A stretch of DNA of 64,000 bases from Octopus sinensis (taxonomy: Eukaryota): NCBI RefSeq assembly GCF_006345805.1, contig NC_043002.1:116064001-116128000 (forward strand). The letters run 5' to 3'. Every line of letters begins with the position of its first letter. Position 1 is the first letter of the stretch. The notes under the pieces were generated by a model that made no database searches, was not told the origin of the DNA, and saw only the letters and a list, made by a program, of their open reading frames with translations. Made by a program: the position numbers and the translations under genes. Below are positions 51,501 through 63,877 of the stretch, one piece after another.

Positions 51501-52379
51501 TATCTGCTAAATAGTTTTGCTTCATTCCCAAATTGTACACCTCTCTCTTCAAATTCTCTTTTTGTTTTGTTTAAATTCTTAAAACAATTTTCTTCTTTTC
51601 TTTCTGTTTTTATTTTCTTTCTCGTTACCCTCTGTCTTTCTTTCCTTGAATTCCTACTTTGAACTTGCAACCAGTTATTAAAGAAGTATCTTAAGAAGTA
51701 CATAGCTTCTATAACCAAGATCTAAGAGGTTTGGTTACAATGAATTATAAAAAGCTAGCAGAGGGCAGGCTGGAATTTGAGTGACCCAATCTTGTAAGTG
51801 CTAGTGTCACAATAAAGCAATATCGCTCTTTTAGAAATTTATTTTAGGTCTGACGCACCATTTAGTTTAATTTGGTCTTTGAATTGAGCCAGCTCAGGAA
51901 TCTCTATGTAGTAACACAATTTGCTGGAAATAGCAACCAAATTCCCTTCAAACCACATCCTGCCATCTTAGAAAACGAAAGTATTGAGTGTCTGAAATAA
52001 AGATGGGATGATCACAGCTGGAATGTCCTGCATTATAAATCTGCTCAATCAGGATTGATACAGGGGCTATAAAACAACAACAACCTGTCCTTTGGGTACT
52101 TTTAGCGAAGTTCATTTTGTTGCAAATATTCATTTGAGGACCTCAGCTTCAGAAATGTCTCAATGCTCTGTTTTGTGATTCACTTTCTCCTTATGCAGTC
52201 CCACAGTATACTAAATAGTACAGGTGGGAAAATTACTCAGTAGAAGCTCATTGCTAGATACTAGAGACATTTTGAACAACGTCTCAGGAATTTGCACTAT
52301 CAATTAATGTAAAATTCTATATCTCCTCCCTCAGTTACTCACTGGTATTGGAATGAACTTAGAATTTGAGAGGCCCAGT

Positions 52380-52790
52380 AGCCACTGCTTTCTAGCTGGG
52401 CTAATTTCAGGTGTTTAAGTCCCTTTATATTCTAAGTTCAGGTTTTGTCAGGGTTGACTTGGTCTTTTTGTCCTCATAAGATCAATAAAATAAACATCAG
52501 TCAAGTATTACTAGGGTTATTTAAATTAATTCCTCACCTTAATTTGTGGACTTGTGATTATGCAAAAAGTCAATATCATTCCAGAGGGTAAGGGTAGCAA
52601 GCCAGCAGCATAACAGAATCATTAGTACACTGGACAAAATGCTTTGCAGAATTTCCTCTGCCATGACATTCTGAATTCAAATTCCAATGAATCATCTTTG
52701 CTTTTCATCCTTTTGGGGTGTACACTGGAGTTGACATAACCGACTAACCCCTTCCCTCAAAATTTCAGATCTTGTGCCTGTAGTAGAAAG
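52380..52790 (+). mobile_element. Two tandem decayed Meta-like SINEs
   Basis: TTCTAAGTTCAGG..GTTGACTTGGTCTTT and TTCTGAATTCAAATTCC..TTTGCTTTTCATCCTTTTGGGG. Confidence 0.55.
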
Positions 52791-53907
52791 AACCATTATT
52801 GCAGGGATTGTAGCTTCCTGAATTTTCTTTAACAACATTTTTATCATAGCTACAATACTTCCTGAATAAACATCCTCCTTACTAAATATAATCACGTACA
52901 CAATAGAAGTTATCGACTACTTCCAGTGAGCCAGGCAAGCATTTAAAAAAGTGTATTTCCACTGTGCACTTTGTGTGTATTGCTCCAATGTAATCTACTA
53001 CATACAAAACGTGTTTTCTCTGTTTGTCTGTCTGTGAAATCATTACATTTTCTTTTGTGTGTCCACAATTTATAGCGGGTAGTTAGCCAAGTATTTCAAC
53101 TGCAGCTGTCTTACCAGGAGGATTGCATCTGAGGTACTTTTTGTGAGCATGAAGCCAAACTGAAAGTGCATTTCATTGAAACTAATTCTGTCTCTGAATC
53201 AATTGTTCTCTAAGTTTCTCTGAGATATTCATAGCCTTCGTTCAACAATATGAAACCTCTATAATCTCTTTCTTTTGAATCTTCTGTTGTAGCAGTTTAT
53301 GATCATATTGCTATGCTGTCCTTAGGTGGGGCACCTTCCTGCATTACTTGATTAACTATTTCGGTGACTATCACTTATCCTACCCAGCTCCATATTCTGA
53401 CCACCTCAGCCACTATTCTTGATGGCTGCAATTTCCCTAACACCACTACCACTACTGTCACTATCATCGTTGTCATCATTGTTGTTGTCATCGTCGTCAT
53501 CGTTGTTCTCCTCCTCTTCCTCCTCACCACCACACCAACCACCACCACCACCACCACCACCACCATCATCATCATCATCGTCATCATTATTATTGTTATT
53601 AATTTTGGTTCTGTATTTGTAACATATAACTAAGAGCTCTTCTTAAGTGGATTATTTGTTTGTCTATTAGGAGACATTTTTAGTTTTTTTTAATTATTGA
53701 TATACATTTTGTTGCTAATCTAACAAGAATACCACTGGACTGGTTGCTTCCTGCTTCTTGCTCGCCTGGGTCTAAAAATAAAAAAAAAATGTGAAGAATG
53801 TTGATTTGTAAAAACCATTTATTTAAAGATGGTTTGTGCCCACAGCCAGCTAATTGAAGGAAGAGGTGGGAGGTAATTTTAAGAGGACACTGGAAGCTCT
53901 TTACTTT

Positions 53908-54303
53908 CTTTTACTCTTTTACTTGTTTCAGTCATTTGACTGCGGCCATGCTGGAGCACCGCCTTTAGTCGAGCAAATCACCCCAGGACTTATTCTTTGT
54001 AAGCCCAGTACTTATTCTATCAGTCTCTTTTGCCGAACCGCTAAGTGACGGGGATGTAAACACACCAGCATCGGTTGTCAAGCAATGCTAGGGGGACAAA
54101 CACAGACATACAAACACATATACACACATATATATATATACATATATACGACAGGCTTCTTTCAGTTTCCGTCTACCAAATCCACTCACAAGGCTTTGGT
54201 CGGCCCAAGGCTATAGCAGAAGACACTTGCCCAAGATGCCACGCAGTGGGACTGAACCCGGAACCATGTGGTTGGTTAGCAAGCTACTTACCACACAGCC
54301 ACC
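53908..54303 (-). mobile_element. tRNA-derived SINE, full length
   Basis: Reverse complement of the copy at 55348-55793. Confidence 0.9.
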
Positions 54304-54509
54304 TCTAAATATTCAGTTTCCACTCTGTCTGTGAAGGATTCTTACTTTGAGAGTATTATGCTTAAAATGTTATATAACCATCACTGTTGCTGTGATGAAT
54401 GGCAGCAACTACAATAATGATAACAACTACAATTTACCTCAGGAAAAGAACAACCTGTTAACTAGTTCTCCACCACCACCACCACCACCAACACTGCAGC
54501 AGCAGCAGC

Positions 54510-54895
54510 AATGGCCCAGTGGTTAGGGCAGCGGACTCATGGTCGGAGGATCGCGGTTTCGATTCCCAGACTGGGCGTTGTGTGTGTTTATTGAGCGAAA
54601 ACACCTAAAAGCTCCACGTGGCTCCAGCAGGGAATGGTGGTGACCCCTGCTGTACTTTTTTGCTCCAACTTTCTCTCTTTCTTCCTGTTTCTTGTCCCTG
54701 ACTTCCTACGCAACTGCTAAGCCTGGATGCACATTCATCAATCCGTTGATGCTCTCGGTGTCAGGGGTTGACCTGCTTTCTCTTCTGTGGGTTTTACGAA
54801 TAACAAAGGACCACGTTTCGGACTTCTCCCACATGCGATCTTGTGAGCTCTGGGACAAAGACCGCTTCGCTCAACAAACAAACAAACAAACAAGC
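54510..54895 (+). mobile_element. tRNA-derived SINE sharing its head with 16197-16571, different body, (AAAC)n tail
   Basis: TGGCCCAGTGGTTAGGGCAGCGGAC (A box)...GGTTTCGATTCCC (B box)...TTATTGAGCGAAAACACCTAAA. Confidence 0.85.
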
Positions 54896-55070
54896 AGCAG
54901 CAAGTGATGGCAACAGCGAAAATGACTCAGTGGCAGAAGCAACAAGGAAAACAATAGTGAAAACAACAAAATAGCAAAGAAAGAATGTATTTACATTTTT
55001 AAATTTTCTACAGTGAAGCTTTGTAATATTTAAATACATATATTACACACACAAATATGCATGCTCATGT

Positions 55071-55105
<35 letters not shown>

Positions 55106-55347
55106 CACGCACATATACATCTACACATACATGTGCACATAAATACACACTCATACACACACATATATATTGGTGGAAGAAATATAAACGTTAGAGATAA
55201 ACTGCAAAACTGATGACACTGATCATTCTTTGTTTCAGAAATGTAGTGAACTTGCAATTGTCTTGTTGAAAATTTGCCTAGCTAATGATGTTATTGTTCA
55301 CATACTGCTATACATGGGGCTACTATAGGTTAAGGTTGGCCATGCGT

Positions 55348-55565
55348 AGGAGTGGCTGTGTGGTAAGTAGCTTGCTTACCAACCACATGGTCCCGGTTTC
55401 AGTCCCACTGCGTGACACATTGGGCAAGTGTCTTCTACTATAGCCTTTGGCCGACCAAAGCCTTGTGAGTGGATTTGGCAGACGGAAACTGGAAGAAGCC
55501 CGTCCTATATGTATATATATATATGTGTGTGTGTGTGTGTATATATATGTATGTATATATATATG

Positions 55566-55620
<55 letters not shown>

Positions 55621-55793
55621 ATGTATGTTTGTGTCGCTTGACAACTGATGCTGGTGTGTTTAAGTCCCCGTAACTTAGCGGTTCAGCAAAAGAGACTGAT
55701 AGAATAAGTACTAGGGGTCGATTTGCTCAACTATAAAGGCAATGCTCCAGCATGGCTTCAGTCAAATGACTGAAACAAGTAAAAGAGTAAAAG
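55348..55793 (+). mobile_element. tRNA-derived SINE, full length, with internal (TA)/(TG) tract
   Basis: GTGGCTGTGTGGTAAGTAGC...GGTTTCAGTCCC...GGGCAAGTGTCTT...CCAGCATGGC...GAAACAAGTAAAAGAGTAAAAG. Confidence 0.9.
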
Positions 55794-56204
55794 TGTATAT
55801 ATGTGAGCCTGAGCAAGATTTATTGAGTAAGACTTGAGAATTGTCTATGCATGCAAGTCTTCTCTCCTTATGCCATCAATGTTTATCTAAAAGAAAGGCA
55901 ACTGATTGAGGCTGACACAGTGTAATTGCAACCATTGCTATTAGGATGCAAAGATCCAGGAAATATACTGCAAGGTATCTCACCTCTAACTCTCAAACAG
56001 TTCTAACCAATCTACTGTCCTGGGATTTCATATCCACCTTGTAAAGATGGAAAGCTAACTTGACCTTGCTGGGATCTGAACTTAGAGAGCAGATAGTTGG
56101 AAGAAATGTTTTTGCAAAATGCTGAGATATAAAATATGCAAGTGGAATTGGTAGATGGAAACTAAAAGAAGCCTGTGATATATGTGTGTGTGTGTCACAC
56201 CATT

Positions 56205-56690
56205 GTGGAGGTATGTAGCTTAGTGTTTAGGGCTCATGATCATAAGATTGTGGTTTTGATTCCTGGGCCAGGTGATGCATTGTGTTCTTGAGCAAAACAC
56301 TTCATTCCACGTTGCTCCAGTCCACTCAGCTGGCAAAAATGAGTAATCCTGCAATGGACCAGTGTTCCACCTAGGGTCAGAATATTTATGCCACAAAACT
56401 GGGAAACTGGCCCTTGTAAGTCAACATGACTCAAGAAGGTAACTTTACTTGCTTTACTTTATGTTATCATTTCTTTGCTTTGAGATAGTTGTCATCATGA
56501 AAATGGTATCCTTTGTTTCCAATGTTCCATAGAAACATATCTGGTCATGGTGAAATGTTACCTTGCTTGAAAACAGGTGAGTGTTGGTGACAGGAAGGGC
56601 ATCCAGCTGTAGAAAATCTGCCTCAACAAATTCCATCCAACCCATGTAAGCATGGAAAAGTGGATATTAAAACAATGATGATGATGATGA
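56205..56690 (+). mobile_element. Decayed SINE head (56205-56440) and short RTE-tailed element (56570-56690)
   Basis: TAGCTTAGTGTTTAGGG..GTTTTGATTCCTGG; GACAGGAAGGGCATCCAGCTGTAG...AACCCATGTAAGCATGG..(GAT)n. Confidence 0.7.
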
Positions 56691-58627
56691 CATCAGTTTC
56701 TTTTACATAGTTTGTGTGTGTGCACACACACATACTCAGATATAATATTCGGATATAATATCACAATAAGTTCTGTTATAATTAAGTTTTCCATTCTTAC
56801 ACCTTGCAAACATTATTCTTTTAAAAGATAACAAGTTTAGAGATTTTAGTTTTAATGGTGAAGAGAGCAATAGCCCAATTACCTTTGAAAGATAAGCTGT
56901 TTAATGCAAATAATTTGATAATTAAATTTTTTTTTGTTGCTATTCCTATCATTTTTAATTTTGTAACCTATTAACTTTTCTGTAGCCATTTCAAATCTCG
57001 ATTAAATAGAGAAAACCATTTTCAATTATAAATACTGAATGATAAAAAGCATTATTGAATAAGTAATGACTTTAATGTATCTTAGAATAAAGTGTGTGAA
57101 CTAACTGTAGATATTAATGTGAGTGATTTTACTGTCTTCTGCTACACTTAAAATAGTGTTGATTTCATTATATAGACTTTTGCTTTATCATTACATAGAT
57201 AGACATATCTTCTTGAACATATGTAAGATTTTACTTCTATTAAAAGCTCATCAGCAGCTTTGGAAACTTTTAGAATTTGTTGGTGATCAGTACTGAAGAT
57301 TAATACTCAGCTGTCATAGAAAATTATACTCTCACATTTGAATATAATTTATAGGTCTAAAAATAACCATACACAGACTTTGAAGGAATATTGGGAGCAA
57401 GTTTTAAGAGAATGTAATTATATATATTTTTAGTTACCAAAAATACATTAATCATCCTAAATGATTTTGAAATACTTTGCTAATGATTCATCAATGAAAT
57501 AAGAGTTTCGTTTCTCAGTGCTAGCTTTAGAGAACTGTTACAAAGCAGATATTATATGGTGGCAAGTAACTGGAACAGAATACTTCAAAAGCATTCAATG
57601 TGTCAAAAGATTGAAGGAATTCTTTTCAGATTGTACTCGTTTAACTGGTTTTCTCAAGGCAGGGTGCTATATCAACTGAGTTTGTGATTGATAAAAAAAA
57701 ATGAATAGTTTGCCTTATCTGGAGAGTACTTAAAATTTAGCATGGTGGTACCAGAATTGAAACTTCTCAGTTAAAAGTTACTAAGCAACTAAGAACATTG
57801 TACTTCACTATAAATCATTTTATTCTCTACTTTTAGACATTATTTCTCAGTTTTTGAAATTTGATTTTCATATCTATTTAACCAAAACATTTGGCTGTTA
57901 TTCTGATATAATCCTGGTAAACATTTGCAATATACATTACATGTTAATTTGCAATATAATTTCTTTTCAATAAATTGGAAAAAATTAATATAAACATAAA
58001 AATCATGGATAAAACAATATAAAGTTGTAAATATGAATTTTAGACAAATGTATAGCTTGTGTTTCAAGATTTGATCAATGGCAATCATAGGGTTGAAGTT
58101 TCATTGAGTCTAGTACCTACATAAGGAATCACTTTATAAAACATGATTTTAACCTTTTTGTTAGCATAGTCCTGTTGAAATACATTGTCTTTGTTTTAAT
58201 TTATTAAAAAAATTTTTTTTAATTTAGTAAAATTACCTAAGCTGGTGCTTGAAACATAAATTAACAAGAAATTTTGATGGCAGGTTTTAGATTTAAAACA
58301 TAAATTGTGTAACTTAGAATGAGATATAATCTCAGGCACTTTGGTATCAAAAAAATTAATCCATGTTAAAGACACAGACTTGTTTTTCGAAGGTAAAAGT
58401 TATCAATAGTATTGAAATATTTTACTTCTATTTTTATTCATGTTGATAAAGGAAGATAATGATAACAGGTGCATATTTATTTATTTAAAGTTTATATTGC
58501 ATGTATATGTGCATATACATTATATTTTGTGGGTATATATGGCTGTGTGAGTGTCTATGTATATGTATATATATATATATATATATATCATCATCATCAT
58601 CATCATCGTTTAGCGTCCGTTTTCCAT

Positions 58628-58870
58628 GCTATATATCTATATATATAAAACTGAGAATGTCTGTTTGTCTGTATGTGTGCATCACCAAAAACTTGAGAAC
58701 TACCCAACCGATTTCATTCAAATTTTATACATGCCTTACTTAGAGTCCATACAATGTCATGGGCCAAAAAAATTTCCAACTTCTTGCCTAATGCGAGCCT
58801 GGAACAATTCTCTTATCTCTTACACTATTTCAGTATTATGTGCCAAGAGTGAAACAATAACATCTCTGTT
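58628..58870 (+). mobile_element. Helitron/Helentron-like non-autonomous 5' end
   Basis: TCTATATATATAAAACTGAGAATGTCTGTTTGTCTGT...CAACCGATTTCATTCAAATTTT is a typical rolling-circle MITE 5' signature. No 3' end identified. Confidence 0.5.
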
Positions 58871-58989
58871 GTAATGAGATAATACTTTCACTTTTAGTAG
58901 GTTTCGCTATTAATATTTCATTTTGTATATATATTTTACTTTCATTTCTATTATTTTCACTATGTATATGTATACATTTACAGGGGTTG

Positions 58990-59079
58990 GATAAAATAAT
59001 GTATGTAAATATATATGTATATATGTGTATATGTATATATGCATGTATGTATACATATATGTATATCTGTTTGTATGTG

Positions 59080-59115
<36 letters not shown>

Positions 59116-59465
59116 TGTATGTATGCATGTATGTATGTATGTATGTATGTATGTGTATATATATATATATGTATATATATATATGTATATGTATATATGT
59201 ATATGTATATATGTATATGTATATATGTATATGTATATATGTATATATATATATGTATGTATATATATATGTGTGTGTATATATATATACGTATATATGT
59301 ATGTATATATATGTATATATATATGTGTATATACATATGTGTATATATATTTGTGTGTGTATATATATACGTATATATATGTATATATGTGTGTATATAT
59401 ATATGTGTATATATTTATATGTATGTATATATATATGTATGTATATATATATAGGTATATGTATA
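58990..59465. repeat. (TA)n/(TATG)n tract
   Basis: Direct reading. Confidence 0.95.
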
Positions 59466-59466
59466 T

Positions 59467-59875
59467 TTATTTTATTTTATTTTATTTTATTTTATCTAGT
59501 TTGAGCTCACGAGATGTGGCCATGCTGGGGCACCACCATTCAGTGTTGGTACATGATTTTACTTCACGAATGCTTTTTAGCAATTGCCATTTGGTGCATG
59601 AGAGAGTTCAATGCAGCTGCCCTCATCTGCACCTCCTGCCGTGAAGTTGGTTCATCTGGGACACCTGACAGGAAGAGATCTAGTTTTATTTTAAAGACAT
59701 CTGCATCCACCCCATGCAGGTCTCTCAGGTTCTTCGGGAGGATATTGAAGAGCTGTGGGCCTCGGAAGCCCAGGCTATCACAGTATCTTGTCCTACATCT
59801 TGATGGCAAATTTGGAGTCTTTGGCACTCTCTCCCTATTCGCTACTTGTATAGAGCCCTGTAACTTTACGTCCCC
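59467..59875 (-). mobile_element. CR1-group LINE 3' end with (AAAAT)n tail
   Basis: SLGFRGPQLFNILPKNLRDLHGVDADVFKIKLDLFLSGVPDEP...NSL. Tail GGTGGTGCCCCAGCATGGCCAC. Confidence 0.9.
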
Positions 59876-60409
59876 TCTCCCCCTCCCTTACTTACGTCTT
59901 TAGCTTTCTGTTGCAAATAAGAGCGCCCCTTCCCCATCTATGAATTTTCCTTATAGTCTATATGGATACAAGTGATTTTTGCATGCGAGCTAGATTGTGT
60001 ATACATATGTGTACATGCATTTGTGTGTATATTTTCGTTTTGCATTTATATGTCTGTATATGTATGTGGTCTGTGCACATCTATCTGTGTATGTTGATGT
60101 ATATATGTATATTAATAGTTTAGTATGAGTATGTACTGTTGTGAAATATTTTAATATATTTTAATATTTTAATTTCAATTTCTATGTATTAATTATATTT
60201 TCTGCATTATTAATGGCAATATGAATTTGATCCAAAGATTCGATTTAAGGTTTTTCCTCGACTTTTATAATTTTATATTTTATATCGAACTCATTTTTGT
60301 TTATCGCTCGAATACGACCGTTATTTGAAAGGACCAATCAAACAAGTCCATTTTTAAAGGTGTAACATTTATACTAGTCTTGATAGAATTGTCATATCGG
60401 TTCTATTTT

Positions 60410-60461
60410 AACAAAACTGTCCGACAAACGGGAACGTGAAACTCAGAGTAACAGTTTTGTT
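60410..60461 (+). ncRNA. Compact type-I hammerhead-like motif with perfect 11-bp stem I and two core substitutions
   Basis: AACAAAACTGT-CCGACAA-ACG GGAA CGT-GAAACTC A GAGT-A-ACAGTTTTGTT. Confidence 0.6.
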
Positions 60462-60599
60462 GAATTTCTGCTGCTTTTAAATAAAGCATATTACTCTACC
60501 CCTGGTATCTGAGTACTCTTTTTTCCACCTTGTTTCACATTTGTGTTTACTCCAGTATATATATATGTATATATATGTGTGTATATATATATATGTGTG

Positions 60600-60650
<51 letters not shown>

Positions 60651-60764
60651 ATATGTGTGTATATATATGTGTATATATATATGTGTGTGTATATATATGT
60701 ATATATATGTATGTGTGTGTATATATATATGGATATATATATAGATATATATTATAGCCACAGG

Positions 60765-61045
60765 CCGACCAAAGGCTTGTGAGCGGATTTCGTACACAGA
60801 AACTGAAAGAAGACTGTTGTATGTATGTGTATATTTTTGTGTGTGTGTGTGTGTGTGTCTGTGTCTGTGTCTGTGTTTGTACTCCTACCATTGCTTAACA
60901 ACCGATGTTGCTATGTTTACGTTCCCATAACTTAGTGGTTCGGCAAAAGACACTGATAGAATGAGTACTAAGCTTACAAAGAATAAATACTGTGGTTGAT
61001 TTGTTTGACCAATGGTAGTGCTCCAGCATGGCTGCTGTCACAAGA
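60765..61045 (+). mobile_element. SINE, 5'-truncated (family of 55348-55793)
   Basis: ACTATAGCC..GGCCGACCAAAGGCTTGTGAG...CTCCAGCATGGC. Confidence 0.8.
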
Positions 61046-61247
61046 CTGAAACCAGTAAAACAATGAAAAAACTATGCCATTTCAATCCCAGGCAAGGCTG
61101 GGTATCTCTGCTAGTGTGTATATATATATATGTATGTATATGTGTGTGTGTCTGCATATACATATGTGTGTATGTATGTATACTATATATATGTATAGTA
61201 TGTGTGTATGTGTATAAGCAGTGTATTGTATGTATGTGTATCTACAT

Positions 61248-61280
<33 letters not shown>

Positions 61281-61534
61281 AATATACTTTATTTAAAAGC
61301 AGCAGAAAATTCAACAAATTTATATAAATATATAAATGTGTATTTTTCCCTTGTTAACAATTAACATGGAAAAAATATATGAATAGTTACCAGGGTAGCA
61401 AAAAATCACACAAGTAAATAGGTTGTAACTCCTTGTTTTTAAAAGTAGAAACTTTGGGTTTATGTGAAATATTTTGTATAACATATATAAATAAATAAAT
61501 GGAGTTAAACGCAGGTGTTATTCAAATTCTTTTA

Positions 61535-61618
61535 CTTCCGACATGTTTTGAAGATTTCACTGATATTATTCCAAAGGAATAAATGGTGTAAAACAATGTA
61601 ATCTTCTCTTCAGGGAAG
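61535..61618 (-). ncRNA. Type-I hammerhead ribozyme motif with a single G12A lesion
   Basis: Minus strand: CTTCC-CTGAAGA-GAAGATT(43 nt)AATCTTC-AAAACAT GTC-GGAAG. Stems I (5 bp) and II (7 bp) are perfect; ACATGT palindrome; GUC triplet. Confidence 0.7.
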
Positions 61619-62189
61619 TGAAGAAACAAAACTCGTCAATAAGACATCTTAACAGAAAATGATGGATATATATATATATATTTGTTTATAAAGCAGAAAG
61701 TTGGATTGGAGAATTATGTAGAACCCATGGTAAGCTCTCTAGCTGAACTGGTTATCAGTTCACACAGTAATTAAATTACAGTTTACTTTAGTGGGACTAT
61801 GCATCTGAAAATCCAGGATACACAAACAGTAATATTTCCAGTGTGGCATATATAATAAGCAAAGAATGAAGTGATATGAGATGCAAAAGATTTAATATAT
61901 CAATATGGTTGTTGCTGTTTCATAATTTACTCCAGACTACATCATTATCATTGACACATATGTACATACATAGTATATACTCTGCACACACACACACATA
62001 TTATATAGATATATGCATACATATATATATGCACATACAACATTATATAATACATTTGCATAGTCTGCAAAGATGCTGAATAGAGAATACTAATCTTCAA
62101 ACTTTATTCTAGAATATTTTAGATTCATCACTGATTCACAGAGAAAAATCATTTCTTTCCTGGACTGATACTGCCTTGATGGGAAAGGA

Positions 62190-63110
62190 TATCTATTCTC
62201 TTCAGCTTGCAAAATACACCTGGTTTATGGGTGGTATGGAAAGGAACTCTGAACTCTTCCAATAAACATGACACCCACTGAAAGTAAATTATCTTCGACG
62301 TTCTACCCTCACCGGCGAACTTAGTCCGGTGGAACATAAAAACAACCGACGAGTATAGATGCGGAGAGAAAGCGACAGTTAGACATGTTCTGTCAGGTTG
62401 CAGACTAGCACTTGAAAGGTATACATGGTGGCATAATCAAGTCCTCGGCGTCATAAGCGCAGCACTCAGAGCAGATTGAGAGGTACAATAGGGGAGAGTA
62501 CCCAAAAGTAGAAAAGCGCAGGAGAGTATACTTCTACAAGGAGGGAAAAGGTTATAAAACCAGGCCTACAAGTAAAGTATACAAGATAGACGAAAGATGG
62601 AAGGGATACTGCGAGGTGGCCACGGATTTGGAAAGACAAGTAATATTTCCACTAATAAAAACAACAAAAAGACCGGATTTAGTTCTTTGGAACAGAGATT
62701 GGAGAATGGGAATTTTACTAGAACTGACAGTACCTTGGGAAGAGAACATCAGCAATGCAGAGGAACGAAAGGAGAAGAGGTATGAAAAGCTAATCGAAGA
62801 ATGCAGAGAACAGGGATGGAATGTCGAATATTATCACCTGGCAGTGGGGGCTAGAGGCTTCATTGAAAGGAAAATGACAATGCTATTCAAAAGAAGATTT
62901 GTGTTTTTCTAGCTCTGAGCTGCAAAAACTAATAAGGGGAGTACAGGAATCGGTCGAAAAAACCAGCTTCTATATATGGCCGAAGCGGGAAGACCAAAAA
63001 TCGCTTGAAAGTCATAACATGCCGACGGGAAATAACATCATTAGGTGAGACAAGCTGACTGACAGGTGACGGTCGTTTAGAAAAAGCACGGACTAAAACT
63101 AAGCGCCTTC
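62190..63110 (+). mobile_element. HERO-type RLE non-LTR retrotransposon 3' part (zinc knuckle and restriction-like endonuclease)
   Basis: FDVLPSPANLVRW...RCGEKATVRHVLSGC...RYTWWHNQVL...ATDL...TTKRPDLVLW...LELTVPWEE...GARGF. Confidence 0.85.
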
Positions 63111-63502
63111 AGTAGTCTGTTATGGTGAGACAGTGTCATGTGACAACTTGCTGGGGCTGCCTGCTGGAGTCTAGCGGTTGGTATTTAAAGGGAAAAATTT
63201 GACAAGTCAGTCAGTCACCGGCTGACACTCGTTGACGATACATCAGGCCAGGGAACAGAAGAAAGAAGACATGCACCCAACACTAGAGCTGAAGACACCT
63301 CCGAAAGGGGGGGGGCAGCCACGTCAAAATGGTAGAGGAGTAGGGGCCGAAACCAGAGATGGTTCCTCCTGATAATGTCTCGAGCTAACTGGGCCCTATA
63401 AAGGAGCTGTTGTGGTAGCAGACCACGAAACACAGTTGTAATTCCTGCATACAACATACATTTGACATGGCTTAAGGAGGTATATATACTAATGGAGTGA
63501 TA

Positions 63503-63565
63503 ATTTTTAGGGTAGGATTGAGTATTTTTAGGGTGGGATTGAGAATTTTTAGGGTGGGATTGAGA
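63503..63565. repeat. 21-bp tandem repeat x3 containing TTAGGG
   Basis: ATTTTTAGGGT(A/G)GGATTGAG(T/A) at 63503, 63524 and 63545. Confidence 0.9.
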
Positions 63566-63877
63566 ATATGTTAAATATAGGAAGAAGTAATAGTGGTGAT
63601 TTGTATCTATTGAACCAGAAGTATTACTTCTGTGAAAACATTTTGAAGAAATGGTGAAGGGAGGAATGCATAAAATAAACAATAATGTTTATAAGTAAGA
63701 ACTACTTGACACAATATTGTTTTTATCGATTCCAATCAGACTATGACATGCCATATTAATATGATAAATTCCACATTTTGCTAATTTTTCAATATATGCA
63801 AAAATGTGCATAGATATTTATTTTGATTTATTACGCTCTTTATTTTAATGACACATTATTCTGAAAATATTTTTCAG

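Noticed and set aside
51479-51718. 79-aa minus-strand ORF with a basic stretch
   Set aside because: No recognisable domain or splice signals; the basic stretch comes from a T/C-rich low-complexity tract.
63285-63385. A complete hammerhead in the HERO downstream region
   Set aside because: The CTGAAGA hairpin is not followed by GAAA, and the GAAAC hairpin is not preceded by a CUGANGA core.
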